Origin: Planctomycetota bacterium
Lineage (GTDB): Bacteria > Planctomycetota > GCA-002687715 > CAIWVZ01
NCBI GenBank assembly: GCA_044222185.1
Contig: JBGANV010000001.1
Span: 832,001 to 896,000 of the forward strand
Direction of reading: 5' to 3'
DNA length: 64,000 nt
Position 1 is the first letter of the stretch. Each line of letters begins with the position of its first letter. Positions 8,921-18,275 of the stretch are shown here, piece after piece. The notes under the pieces were generated by a model that was not told where the DNA came from, searched no databases, and saw only the letters and a list, made by a program, of their open reading frames with translations. The position numbers were made by a program, and so were the translations under genes.

Positions 8921-9589
8921 TCAGGCAGCTGGATGGGCTTCGAAGAGCTGTTCGAGGTCTTCGATCCGGCCCGGCGTGGGCGTCATGTGAGGCGGGAAGC
9001 GGAGCCGTCGTGCGATACGGTCGGGAACGACGGCGAGCGGTTCGAGCGGAGCGCCGGTCGACTCGACGGACGTGTGGACGAGCTCCCCGGCGGGGCTTCG
9101 AATCTCCGAGATGGCGAATTGCGTCGATGGAAACGGGTCGCCGCTCACGACTGCTGTCGCATCGATGAAAAGCACGTTCGGGCCCGCGACCTGAAACAGG
9201 AATCCGCGGGCGTCACCGGACGGGGATTCGATGACGACCACCGCATCGGCACCAACGTGAGTGACGTGAGCGGAGTCCCGCGCGATCGTCTCCGTGAGCC
9301 GCCGTGACATGTGCGCGAACTCGCGGCGTGCGCGCCGGGCACCCCACAGCGCGATGGCCGCCGCGATGACGCTCCATGCGCCGACGACGAGCCCGCGCGG
9401 CGCGTTGGACGACGCGAGCGTGATTCCCGACATGGCGACCCCGATGGCGATTGCGACGACGACGACGTCGCGGTTGGAGCGCCGGCTGCGGGCCTCGATC
9501 GATTCGCGCCGCGCAACGAGTTCTCGGGCCTCGGAGTCCGTCAGCGGGCGCGTGACGGTGGCGAAGGTTTCCGTTGGGGGAACGGCCAT
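8921..9589 (-). CDS. Hypothetical membrane protein (2 TM plus soluble C-terminal domain)
   Basis: Two hydrophobic segments; fills the gap between sigma and the S46 peptidase. Confidence 0.6.
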   Translation of the reverse strand: MAVPPTETFATVTRPLTDSEARELVARRESIEARSRRSNRDVVVVAIAIGVAMSGITLASSNAPRGLVVGAWSVIAAAIALWGARRARREFAHMSRRLTETIARDSAHVTHVGADAVVVIESPSGDARGFLFQVAGPNVLFIDATAVVSGDPFPSTQFAISEIRSPAGELVHTSVESTGAPLEPLAVVPDRIARRLRFPPHMTPTPGRIEDLEQLFEAHPAA

Positions 9590-9900
9590 GGCTCGGCGGG
9601 GATCCTATCTGGAGGCGCGACGCGGCACCCGGGCGTGGCCGCATTGTCATGGTGACGCTCGCCCACAGCTGCGCGGCCTTCGGCTACGCGCACGAACTCA
9701 GGCGCGGCTTGGGAACGCCGCGCGCAGAGCGACGCGACGCCGCGGCTGCAAAGGGAGGGTCGCACGAGGCGGTCCGTATGCGCACTCGGTTTTGTCGGCT
9801 GATGTGGGCCGCTACAATCCGCGGCTTTTCCGGCTCCGCCTGCGAGTCTCCGTTGGTTCGCAATGCCGGGGTGATGACCAACACAACTGTGAGATTCTCG

Positions 9901-11964
9901 ATGGTGTTGTCCGCGCCCGTTCGTTCGCTCCTCGTCCTTCTGTTCCTCCTCGCCGGTGTGGCGGCGCCCCTCCGCGGGCCGAAGCCGGACGAGGGCATGT
10001 GGACCTTCGACAATCTCCCGATGAAGCAGCTGAAGGAGAAGTACGGGTTCGAGCCGTCGACGGAGTGGATCGACCACGTGCGTCAAGGCTCGGTTCGCTT
10101 CGACACTGGTGGCTCCGGCTCGTTCGTGTCGCCGCGCGGCCTGGTGATGACGAACCACCACGTCGCTCTCACGACGGTTCAGAAGCTGTCGAACAAGGAG
10201 CACGACTACGTCCGGGACGGTTTCTCGTCCGCGACGTTCGGCTCCGAGGTGAAGTGCGACGGCCTGACGCTCCGCCAGCTCGTCGAGATCCGCGACCTCA
10301 CGGCGAAGATCGAGGAGGCGACCAAGGACGAAGAAGGCAAGCCGGCGCGCACCCAGGAAGAGAAGGAGACGATCCGAGCGACGATCGCGGCGAAGGCGTC
10401 GAAGGAAGCCGGCGACCCATCCAAGCACATCCTCGGCGAACTCGTCAGCCTGTACAACGGCGCCGTCACGCAGGTGTACGTCTACAAGATCTTCGATGAC
10501 GTCCGGCTCGTTTTCGCGCCCGAACAGCAGATCGCGTTCTTCGGTGGCGACCCGGACAACTTCACCTACCCGCGCTACGACCTCGACTGCGCGTTCTTCC
10601 GCGTGTACGAGGACGGCAAGCCGATCGACAGCAGCAAGTGGTACTTCCAGTGGAATGCCAAGGGCGCAGCCGAGGACGAGCTGATCTTCGTTCCAGGCAA
10701 CCCGGGGAGCACGGAGCGGCTGAACACCTACGCTCAGCTCGAGTACGGCCGGGACTTCGAAGTGCCGACCATCGTCAAGCTTCTCTCGGCTCGCCGCGAC
10801 GCACTCGCCAAGTTCATGGCGAAGGGCGAGGACGAGGCGCGCGAGGTGCGTGACGAGTTCTTCGGCATCGAGAACTCGCTGAAGGCCTATCGCGGTCACC
10901 TCGCGGGACTGCGGGACGCCGAGATGATGGCGCAGATGAAGGCCCTGGAGGAAGACTTCCGCAAGAAGGCCAACGATCCCAAGCTGAACGCCGCACTCGA
11001 CGCGATCGCCGAGGCTCAGAAGACGAAGGCGAAGCTGTTCCCGCGCCTGGTCGCAACGCAGATCCCTGGGATCACCGGCGGTCGCCGCGGTGGTGGCGGG
11101 ACGAGCCCGGTTGCGCGGTTCGTTGCAGCGGTTGCCGCAAAGCGTCCGGACCCGTTCGCCGACAAGGAGCTGCCGAAGCCGAACGAACTCCAACGCGCCC
11201 AGATCCTCGCCGGTCTGCAGGTCGCGAAGGCGGTCCTGGCAGCCGATGATCCGTTCATGACCTCGGTGATGAAGGACCGGACGCCGGAGGAAGTCGCCGA
11301 GATCCTGGCGAATACGTCGAAGGTCTATGACCCTGCGTATCGCAAGGAACTGGCGGCCGGCGGAAGCGAGGCGCTCGCGAAGGCGGATGACCCCCTGATC
11401 CTCGCGATCACGTCGTCCCAGCGCATCATGGGCGAGCTGCGTCAGCAGCTCGAAGAGCGCGTGAACCGAGTGGAATCCGAGTCGCACGACGCGATCAGCG
11501 CCGCGCGCTTCGCCGTGTACGGCAAGTCCATCTACCCGGATGCGACGTTCACGTTGCGCCTGACGTTCGGAAAGGTCCAGGGTTACGTCGCCGGCACGAC
11601 GAACGTGCCGTACAAGACGACGTTCACCGGCCTCTACGAGCGCAGCACCTGCTTCGACAACAAGCCCCCGTACAACCTGCCGGAGCGATGGGCGAAGGCC
11701 CGTGAGAAGCTCGACCTTGCGACGCCGCTCAACTTCGTCTGCACGGCCGACATCATCGGCGGCAACAGCGGGAGCCCCATCCTGAACAAGAAGGCCGAGG
11801 TCGTCGGGCTGATCTTCGACGGCAACATCGAGAGCCTTCCGGGCAACTACTGGTACGACGAGCGGATCAACCGGGCGGTCGGCGTGCACTCGGCCGGCAT
11901 GCTCGAGGCTCTGAAAAAGGTCTACGCCGAGGACGGCCTCGTGAAGGAACTCTCCGGGTCGTGA
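9901..11964 (+). CDS. S46 family dipeptidyl-peptidase (DPP7-like)
   Basis: Signal peptide, DEGMW, 'SGSFVSPRGLVMTNHHV', 'DIIGGNSGSP', 'FDGN' (Gly at the S1-determining position as in DPP7, not Arg as in DPP11). Confidence 0.93.
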   Translation: MVLSAPVRSLLVLLFLLAGVAAPLRGPKPDEGMWTFDNLPMKQLKEKYGFEPSTEWIDHVRQGSVRFDTGGSGSFVSPRGLVMTNHHVALTTVQKLSNKEHDYVRDGFSSATFGSEVKCDGLTLRQLVEIRDLTAKIEEATKDEEGKPARTQEEKETIRATIAAKASKEAGDPSKHILGELVSLYNGAVTQVYVYKIFDDVRLVFAPEQQIAFFGGDPDNFTYPRYDLDCAFFRVYEDGKPIDSSKWYFQWNAKGAAEDELIFVPGNPGSTERLNTYAQLEYGRDFEVPTIVKLLSARRDALAKFMAKGEDEAREVRDEFFGIENSLKAYRGHLAGLRDAEMMAQMKALEEDFRKKANDPKLNAALDAIAEAQKTKAKLFPRLVATQIPGITGGRRGGGGTSPVARFVAAVAAKRPDPFADKELPKPNELQRAQILAGLQVAKAVLAADDPFMTSVMKDRTPEEVAEILANTSKVYDPAYRKELAAGGSEALAKADDPLILAITSSQRIMGELRQQLEERVNRVESESHDAISAARFAVYGKSIYPDATFTLRLTFGKVQGYVAGTTNVPYKTTFTGLYERSTCFDNKPPYNLPERWAKAREKLDLATPLNFVCTADIIGGNSGSPILNKKAEVVGLIFDGNIESLPGNYWYDERINRAVGVHSAGMLEALKKVYAEDGLVKELSGS

Positions 11965-12033
11965 ACGCCGCTTCCGCCCTCAGGCCCGGGACTTGCGGGC
12001 CTGCGGGCCGACCGGGACCTCGGGCCGCTGACG

Positions 12034-12062
12034 AAACCCGCCCAGCCGCAGCGGCGGGTTTT
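12034..12062 (+). terminator. Probable intrinsic terminator after the S46 peptidase
   Basis: AAACCCGCC...GGCGGGTTTT stem-loop. Confidence 0.55.
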
Positions 12063-12377
12063 GCCTGGATTCCTCGGGAGAATTGCGCTCCATCTCCTTT
12101 CCTCTTGCCGAAGAAGACCTTGAGGTCATAGGCTATCCGCCGATCGCGCCCGGCGCCGGGCGCAATAGACCACCCACGGCGCGACGCCCGTTCGAACGGG
12201 AGTCGCGATCGGGTGCGGAGTGGTTCCGCTTCCGGACCGATGGGTTCCATTCACGAGTCAGCATGCGGATCGAGACGATCGCGGGCGCCGAACGTCGTCA
12301 TCGAAGATCAGGAGCGGGTGCTTTTGAGAGCGCCCTGCGGCTCGGGCCAGCAAAGGCCCTGGGCGGCATTTTTCAAC

Positions 12378-12953
12378 ATGTCAAAGAAACTGTTCGTTGG
12401 CGGGCTTTCCTGGAACACGACCTCGGATCAGCTCAAGGAGGCCTTCGCCACCATGGGGCCGGTGACGGATGCCGTCGTCATCACGGATCGCGAAACCGGT
12501 CGTTCGCGCGGATTCGGGTTCGTGACATATGGCACCGAGGCCGATGCGATGAAGGCCCTGAACGAGCTCAACGGCACGATGCTCGACGGCCGCGCGATCA
12601 AGATCGACGCGGCGACTGAGCGCACCGGTGGGCCACGTCCAGGCGGTGGTGGCGGTGGGTTCCGGCCGTCGGGCGGCGCGCCCGGTGGCGGATTCTCCAG
12701 CGGGCCACGGGCGCCGCGGACGTTTGGTGCCGGGCCCGGGCCGGGAGGAGGCGGCGGCCCTGGAGCACGCTCGCCCCGGTCGTTCGGCGGCGGTGGGGGT
12801 GGCGGCGGCCCGCCGCCTTCGGGTGGTGGTGGGCGCAGCGAGCGCAGCCGTCGCGACCGTCATGAGCGCCAGGACTCTGAAGACGGCGGCGGACGCAAGG
12901 GGAACCCCAATCGGCGTTGGGAGCAAGAGGGAATCGACGACGACGAAGACTGA
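12378..12953 (+). CDS. RRM-domain RNA-binding protein with Gly/Arg-rich tail
   Basis: RNP2 'LFVGGL', RNP1 'RGFGFVTY', 'DRETGRS'; low-complexity G/P/R tail with acidic end. Confidence 0.93.
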   Translation: MSKKLFVGGLSWNTTSDQLKEAFATMGPVTDAVVITDRETGRSRGFGFVTYGTEADAMKALNELNGTMLDGRAIKIDAATERTGGPRPGGGGGGFRPSGGAPGGGFSSGPRAPRTFGAGPGPGGGGGPGARSPRSFGGGGGGGGPPPSGGGGRSERSRRDRHERQDSEDGGGRKGNPNRRWEQEGIDDDED

Positions 12954-13026
12954 GCAGCGCCGCCCGACGGCCGTCCCTCCGACACCGTCGGACCCGACCC
13001 TCGTCTCACGTCACGCGGCGTAGCGC

Positions 13027-14541
13027 TCAGCGCTGCGCCGGAGCTCTTTCGACACGCGCCCGGTGGAAACACTCGAGGTGCGTGCCGAAATCGAATCCTC
13101 CCTCGGCTCGCCCACCAAGATCCGTCTCGCTGAACGTGATCGCACGAAGTCGTTCGAGCGAGCGGGCGCCATCCTCGAAGGGTACGCGACCGATCTGGGA
13201 GCGGTGGCACAGGATGCCCTTCCGCTTCGTCGTGCGCGTCGCCTCGTCCAGCTTCAGCAAGACGTTCACGTCGTCCCGCGGGATCTGGCACCACGGGCCC
13301 TCGAACGTCCAGACGTCGACACTTCCGCCGTCCTCGGCGATCGTTCGCCGGATCGCTTCCTCGACCGTGAGGCGGCAGAGACGGTGTGTCGGATGCGGAT
13401 CGAACCGCGACGGGACTAGGACCGCAGCTGGGCGGATTTCGCGGAGAAGGCGCAGTACGTCGTCCACGTCTGCGGGCTCGAGAACGCCCGACGTGTAGGC
13501 GCGAGCGCGGAGGAAGCGCGGCTCGGCCCCGAGTATCTGCGCCTCTTCGGTTGCTTCCGCTTCACGAAGCCGGGCGCCCGCGACTTCGTCGAGGCCGCCA
13601 GCCGCGCGGGCGCCGGTCGAGAACGTCGCGATGACCTTCCGCGTCCCAACCGGGAGCGAAAGAAGGAGGCCGCCACACGAGATGCTCGCGTCATCCGGAT
13701 GAGGTGCGACCGCGAGCACCGGCCCGCCGGTGGGCACGGTGCCGTCGAGGAACCGGGCCATGGGGTGCGGCTCGGCGCGAACCTCGACGTCGTCGAGCCA
13801 GAGCTGTGCGGCCGCCCGGTCGAAGAACATCGTGACGTCGTCGTGCAGGCGGATGACGGAGGCGGGGCAACCGGGGTCGAGCGGACCCGCCAGCGCGGCG
13901 CGCACCGCTCGGGCCTTCGACTCGCCGCGAGCCACGAGGAACAGCTTCTTCGAGGAGGTGATCGTCGCCAGCCCGGCCGTGACGGCGACGGATGGGACCG
14001 GGGCGTCCCCGAAGCGGCCGGCGTGCGCGGCGCGAGTTGCCGGCGTGAGATCCGCGAGGTGGCTCCGGCTTCCGAAGGGTGTGCCTGGCTCGTTGAATGC
14101 GAGGTGCCCGTTCGTTCCGATCCCGAGCAGCGTGAGCGTCGCACGGGCGACGGCGAGATCCTGGCGCGCCGCGACATCCGCAGCCGTCGCGTCGATCGCG
14201 TGGAAGGTCCCCCGTCGAGGACCTGCGTCGGGAAAGAACGCCGCGCCGATCTCGGCCGCGAGTGACCCCGGGCCGCGCCGTGGGACGCCGCAGAACTCGT
14301 CGAGATGATGGAATTGGACGTGGCCGAAGTCGACCAGGCCAGTTTCCACCCGGGCGCGAGCGATCGCGAAGAACTCCGCGAACGTGGCGCCGCTCGCGAG
14401 GACGCAACGCGGTGACGGAGCGTCGATGAGGGTCGAGACGACGTGGGCGAGGACCGCTTCGTCGAGTTGGCGCCGATCGTCGAATACGAGGGCACGACAA
14501 GCGGCAGGCCAAGGCCAAGGGCGGACCACGTGGCAGGTCAT
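13027..14541 (-). CDS. nagB: Glucosamine-6-phosphate deaminase (NagB-like) fused to a PIG-L/LmbE deacetylase domain
   Basis: 'LASGAT', 'HLDEF', 'LGIGTNGHLAFNEPG', 'CPASVIRLH', then 'APHPDDASI' and 'DPHPTH'. Confidence 0.8.
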   Translation of the reverse strand: MTCHVVRPWPWPAACRALVFDDRRQLDEAVLAHVVSTLIDAPSPRCVLASGATFAEFFAIARARVETGLVDFGHVQFHHLDEFCGVPRRGPGSLAAEIGAAFFPDAGPRRGTFHAIDATAADVAARQDLAVARATLTLLGIGTNGHLAFNEPGTPFGSRSHLADLTPATRAAHAGRFGDAPVPSVAVTAGLATITSSKKLFLVARGESKARAVRAALAGPLDPGCPASVIRLHDDVTMFFDRAAAQLWLDDVEVRAEPHPMARFLDGTVPTGGPVLAVAPHPDDASISCGGLLLSLPVGTRKVIATFSTGARAAGGLDEVAGARLREAEATEEAQILGAEPRFLRARAYTSGVLEPADVDDVLRLLREIRPAAVLVPSRFDPHPTHRLCRLTVEEAIRRTIAEDGGSVDVWTFEGPWCQIPRDDVNVLLKLDEATRTTKRKGILCHRSQIGRVPFEDGARSLERLRAITFSETDLGGRAEGGFDFGTHLECFHRARVERAPAQR

Positions 14542-14621
14542 GGCCGGATGATGGATGCACCCCGCACGGAGACAAGGCTGGGTCGCGTGTTGCTACGCTC
14601 GAACCTCAACGGAGTACGGGC

Positions 14622-14996
14622 ATGTCGATGAACTGGGCTCGAGTCGGAGCCGTCTGCGGGTTCCTCACGGTGGCGATCGGGGCTTTCGGTGCGCACGGGC
14701 TGAAGGTGCGACTGGCGGAGACCGGCTATGCGGAGCAATTCCAGACGGGCGTTCACTACCAGGCCATCCACGCCCTCGCCCTGCTTCTGAGTTCGAATGC
14801 AGCGAGGCCCGGACGCTGGCGTTCGGTGGCCGGTTGGGGGTTCCTCCTCGGGATCGTGTTGTTTTCCGGCAGCCTGTTCGTGCTCGGGGTCACGGGAGCG
14901 CGGTGGCTTGGCGCGGTGACCCCGTTCGGGGGCCTCGCGTTTCTCGCGGGCTGGGTCGGGCTGATCGCCGGCACGCGCGACCGCTCGACGGGTTGA
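14622..14996 (+). CDS. DUF423 (YgdD/YwdK-like) membrane protein
   Basis: 'GAFGAHGLK', 'YQAIHALA', 'LFSGSL', 'GAVTPFGG'. Confidence 0.9.
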   Translation: MSMNWARVGAVCGFLTVAIGAFGAHGLKVRLAETGYAEQFQTGVHYQAIHALALLLSSNAARPGRWRSVAGWGFLLGIVLFSGSLFVLGVTGARWLGAVTPFGGLAFLAGWVGLIAGTRDRSTG

Positions 14997-15002
14997 CCCG
15001 GA

Positions 15003-15392
15003 TCAGTCGCCGTGCGCGTCAGGGTTTCGGGCTCCGTGCCCGATCTCCCCGGTCCAGGCACGGCGGAGCGGGTCTGCGAGCGTCGTGCGCCACTTGGGAG
15101 CACGCGTCGACAGGTCCAGGAGTTTTGCGCGCATCGCGCTCTCGAGGTCCACGTCGTGGAGGGTCGCGAGCTCGCAAAGGCACGTGAGACAGTCTGCGAG
15201 TTCGCTCCCCAGAGCCGTGCGGTCCAGCTCCTTGCCGTATCCGTGGTGGTCCAGCACGAGGCGCGCCGCCTCGCCGACTTCCTCCGTCAGCGCGACGACG
15301 GACGCGAGCGGCGGATGATGAAGGTCGCGCAGGATCCTGCGCAGCGTCGATTGAACGGTCGCGAGCGTGAGGGCCGTCTCGGGTTGCGTCAT
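15003..15392 (-). CDS. MazG-like nucleotide pyrophosphohydrolase
   Basis: 'LTEEVGEAA..ELADCL' all-alpha NTP-PPase motif; ATGA overlap with rsmG stop. Confidence 0.8.
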   Translation of the reverse strand: MTQPETALTLATVQSTLRRILRDLHHPPLASVVALTEEVGEAARLVLDHHGYGKELDRTALGSELADCLTCLCELATLHDVDLESAMRAKLLDLSTRAPKWRTTLADPLRRAWTGEIGHGARNPDAHGD

Positions 15393-16066
15393 CGTCCTGT
15401 CTCGTAGCGTGCCAGAAGGGAAGGTGAACCGGCTTCGTACGTGCACTCGGTCAGGGGCGTCATGCCCAGGCGCGCGGCGGTGCGCTCCCCATCGGCGCGT
15501 TCTTCCGCAGTGAGGCGTGCGGACTTCCAGGCGACGATCACCCCGTGGTTGCGGACGAGGAACGGCTCCGCGAGTTCGATCAGCTCGCTCAACGGTCCGA
15601 CGGCCCGTGCGACGACCGTATCGAACGATCGCAGCCGGGGCGATCGCTCCCGCACGAGGTCCTCTGTGCGACTCCACACCGCTTCCACGTTGCGTATGCC
15701 GAGGCGCGCGCAGATCTCCGCCACGGCCTCGACCTTCTTCTTCGTCCCATCGAGAAGTACGACCCGTGCCGTCGGATGGCAGATGGCGATTGGCACGCCG
15801 GGGAAACCGGCGCCCGAGCCCAGGTCCAGGAGCCGCCGCGGCGGTGTCCCGCCGGCGGCCAGGTGCCGTCCGAACGCAAGCGAATCGGCCAGGTGGCGTA
15901 TCAATCCCGCGTCGAAGTCCCTGATTGCCGTGAGGTTGAGTCGCCTGTTCGCGTCCAGCACCGCCGCGAGGTAGTCCGTGAGGAATGCGGCTTCCGTCGG
16001 CGTGATCGCGCGGCCGAGGAGCGTCGCCGCGAGGGGTGGGAGGGGTGGTCGGCCGGCAGTCGTCAC
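15389..16066 (-). CDS. rsmG: 16S rRNA m7G527 methyltransferase
   Basis: 'NLTAIRD..RHLADSL', 'LDLGSGAGFPGVP', 'VARAV'; start uncertain (GTG 16066). Confidence 0.92.
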   Translation of the reverse strand: MTTAGRPPLPPLAATLLGRAITPTEAAFLTDYLAAVLDANRRLNLTAIRDFDAGLIRHLADSLAFGRHLAAGGTPPRRLLDLGSGAGFPGVPIAICHPTARVVLLDGTKKKVEAVAEICARLGIRNVEAVWSRTEDLVRERSPRLRSFDTVVARAVGPLSELIELAEPFLVRNHGVIVAWKSARLTAEERADGERTAARLGMTPLTECTYEAGSPSLLARYETGR

Positions 16067-16135
16067 GTTGTCCCGAAGCTTGAGCGCGCGTCCAGCGCCG
16101 TGGATACTGGCGCGGAGCCTAACTGGAGTCATCCC

Positions 16136-16903
16136 GTGAAGAAACTGTCGTTCCTCGCGTTCGCCATCCTGGTGTCCTCATTCGCCTTCGCGCAAGAGAA
16201 GCCCGCTGCGCCGACCGAGACGAAGCCGGTGGCGGTTGCCGCGACGAAGGTCGACGAGTCCCTGTTGAAGGGTCGCCAGATGGGTCAGGCCGTGCCGCTG
16301 GTCTTCGAGAAGGACAAGGAGATCTACGGCGCCCAGCTCAAGATGAAGGACTCGACGAAGCTCGCCGACGTCATGAAGGACCCGAAGACCTTCGAGGGCA
16401 AGGCCCTCCGCATGACGGCGACCATCGATTCGGTCTGCCAGAAGAAGGGCTGCTGGATGGTCCTGAAGGACGGCACGGCGGAGACGCGCGTGAAGTTCAC
16501 GGACTACAAGTTCTTCGTCCCGCTCGACGTCTCGGGCCGCACGGTCACCGTCGAAGGCAAACCGGAGGTGAAGGTGATCCCCGAGGCCATGCGCCGTCAC
16601 TACGCCCAGGACGCCGGAAAGTCGAAGGAAGAGATCGCGAAGATCGTCGGCGACGAGACGACCGTCGTGTTCATGGCAGACGCCGTCGAGATCGGCGGCA
16701 AGCCGTGCTGCGAGAAGCCGGCCGCGAAGGACGGATGCTGCGAGGATGGCGCCAAGGAGGGCACGAAGCCCGCTGGCGAGAAGAAGGATGCGCCGAAGGA
16801 GCCCGCCAAGAAGGATGGCGCCGCCGCCGAGGCGTGCGGCAGCTCGTGCAAGACCGAGGCCGGTAGCAGCGGCAGCTGCTGCGGCACCAAGAAGCCGAAC
16901 TGA
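16136..16903 (+). CDS. DUF4920 secreted protein with Cys-rich C-terminal tail
   Basis: GTG after GGAG; signal peptide ..AFA|Q; 'VCQKKGCWM', 'VKFTDYKFFVP', 'RHYAQDAGKS'. Confidence 0.85.
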   Translation: MKKLSFLAFAILVSSFAFAQEKPAAPTETKPVAVAATKVDESLLKGRQMGQAVPLVFEKDKEIYGAQLKMKDSTKLADVMKDPKTFEGKALRMTATIDSVCQKKGCWMVLKDGTAETRVKFTDYKFFVPLDVSGRTVTVEGKPEVKVIPEAMRRHYAQDAGKSKEEIAKIVGDETTVVFMADAVEIGGKPCCEKPAAKDGCCEDGAKEGTKPAGEKKDAPKEPAKKDGAAAEACGSSCKTEAGSSGSCCGTKKPN

Positions 16904-16928
16904 TCGCCCCGATCGCTGACGCGGCCGG

Positions 16929-17528
16929 TCATCTGCGCTCCAGGATCGCGCGGGTGCCGGCCACGATCGTGTCCAGGCCCGGTTGCCCGATGCGCCTTGC
17001 GGCGAGCTGAATCGCTTCGACGATCTCGTCATCGGTGGCGCCTGCGCGGCGCGCGCTGAGCGCATGGGCCGCGGTCTGACGTCCGGCCCCCATCGCCGCC
17101 AGGACAGGTAGCGCCGCCAGCTCCTTCACGCGCCAGGGCAAGTGCGCCCGGGCAAGCATTCGTCCGTAGCTGTCCTCGTAGATGGCGGCTTCCAGCGCCG
17201 GGTGAAGGGTGGCGAGTTCCTTGCGGATGCGCTCGGCCTTTTCCGCGTACACGAAGCCGAAGGCACTCGCAGCCGAGGCGAGACGGTCCGCGGGCGGGTC
17301 CACTTCGGTCGACGCTTTCGGGACGATCGCCCGCCAGGCCGTGAAGGCGAGGATGGCGCGCGGAACACCGCCGTACGGCTGGACGAGCAAGAGGGTCTCG
17401 TCGATGAATGCGGCGGGCGCACCCGCCAGACGGGCGCGCTGGAGCGCCGCCGCAACGTCGTCGGACGAGCCGGTGCAGGCCTCGAGAAACAGAGTCGCGA
17501 GCGCAGATTCGATCTCGGTCAACGCCAA
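16929..17528 (-). CDS. Carboxymuconolactone decarboxylase/AhpD-like protein
   Basis: 'ETLLLVQPYGGVP', 'YGRMLAR..L..RVKEL', 'H...ARRAGATDDEIVE'. Confidence 0.75.
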   Translation of the reverse strand: MALTEIESALATLFLEACTGSSDDVAAALQRARLAGAPAAFIDETLLLVQPYGGVPRAILAFTAWRAIVPKASTEVDPPADRLASAASAFGFVYAEKAERIRKELATLHPALEAAIYEDSYGRMLARAHLPWRVKELAALPVLAAMGAGRQTAAHALSARRAGATDDEIVEAIQLAARRIGQPGLDTIVAGTRAILERR

Positions 17529-17529
17529 C

Positions 17530-18243
17530 TCAATTCACCTCGAAGCCTGGTTCGTTGCGGCGGGCGAGGTCCAGTTCGCCGGCCGTGAGCGAACCCGTTT
17601 CCACGGGCATTCCGGCATCCCGGATCCTCGCCACGATCGTGTCGGCGAGCTCTCCGGGATCGATCGTTCGACCAGTCAGCTCGTTCATGGCCGCGGTCTC
17701 CGATTGCAGCTCGGTCCGGGCGAGGATGATCGATCCATGTTGCAGGACCCAGCCGGGTCGGCGCCTCTGCGCCGAGCCGACGAGTTTGCGGCCACCCGCC
17801 ACGAGGTCGAGATGCGTGGCGCGTGCGAAGCACATGGTGTCGCGGGCGCGGGTCGCGCCGCTCTCGTCCTGCCGCGCCCCGACTTCAACGCCGTGCGTTG
17901 CCAGGGCAGCCGCGATCGGGGCATGGACGCGGTCGTAGGACTCGCGTGTCGATGTCTGTGCGATCCACGGGTGGTCGACAGGCAGGAGGACGGAGTAGGT
18001 GAGCTCGTGGTGATGCACGACGGCACCGCCTCCGGTCATGCGTTGGACGACCAGGTAACCGGCGCGGCGGAACTCCGTGCAGTCGAGCCCGCGCTGGAAC
18101 CAGCCGATCGAGACGGCAGGCGGTGCCCAACCATAGAAGCGAACGGTGGGCATGTGCGCGCTCTCGAGCAGAGCGGCGTCGACGGCCATGTTCCACGTCG
18201 GCCGGGACGCCTCGTAGGACAACAGACGCAGGCTCGTGTGCAT
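17530..18243 (-). CDS. Lipoate-protein ligase / octanoyltransferase (LipM-like)
   Basis: 'NMAVDAALL', 'RFYGWAPPAVSIG', 'RMTGGGAVVH', 'KLVGSAQRR..LQHGSI'; downstream of gcv genes. Confidence 0.88.
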   Translation of the reverse strand: MHTSLRLLSYEASRPTWNMAVDAALLESAHMPTVRFYGWAPPAVSIGWFQRGLDCTEFRRAGYLVVQRMTGGGAVVHHHELTYSVLLPVDHPWIAQTSTRESYDRVHAPIAAALATHGVEVGARQDESGATRARDTMCFARATHLDLVAGGRKLVGSAQRRRPGWVLQHGSIILARTELQSETAAMNELTGRTIDPGELADTIVARIRDAGMPVETGSLTAGELDLARRNEPGFEVN

Positions 18244-18275
18244 CGGTCAGCCGTGGGCGCGCGATGGCGCCCGCA

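Noticed and set aside
12640-12835. GGC/GGT-rich low-complexity tract
   Set aside because: Encodes the Gly-rich tail of the RRM protein; not an independent repeat element
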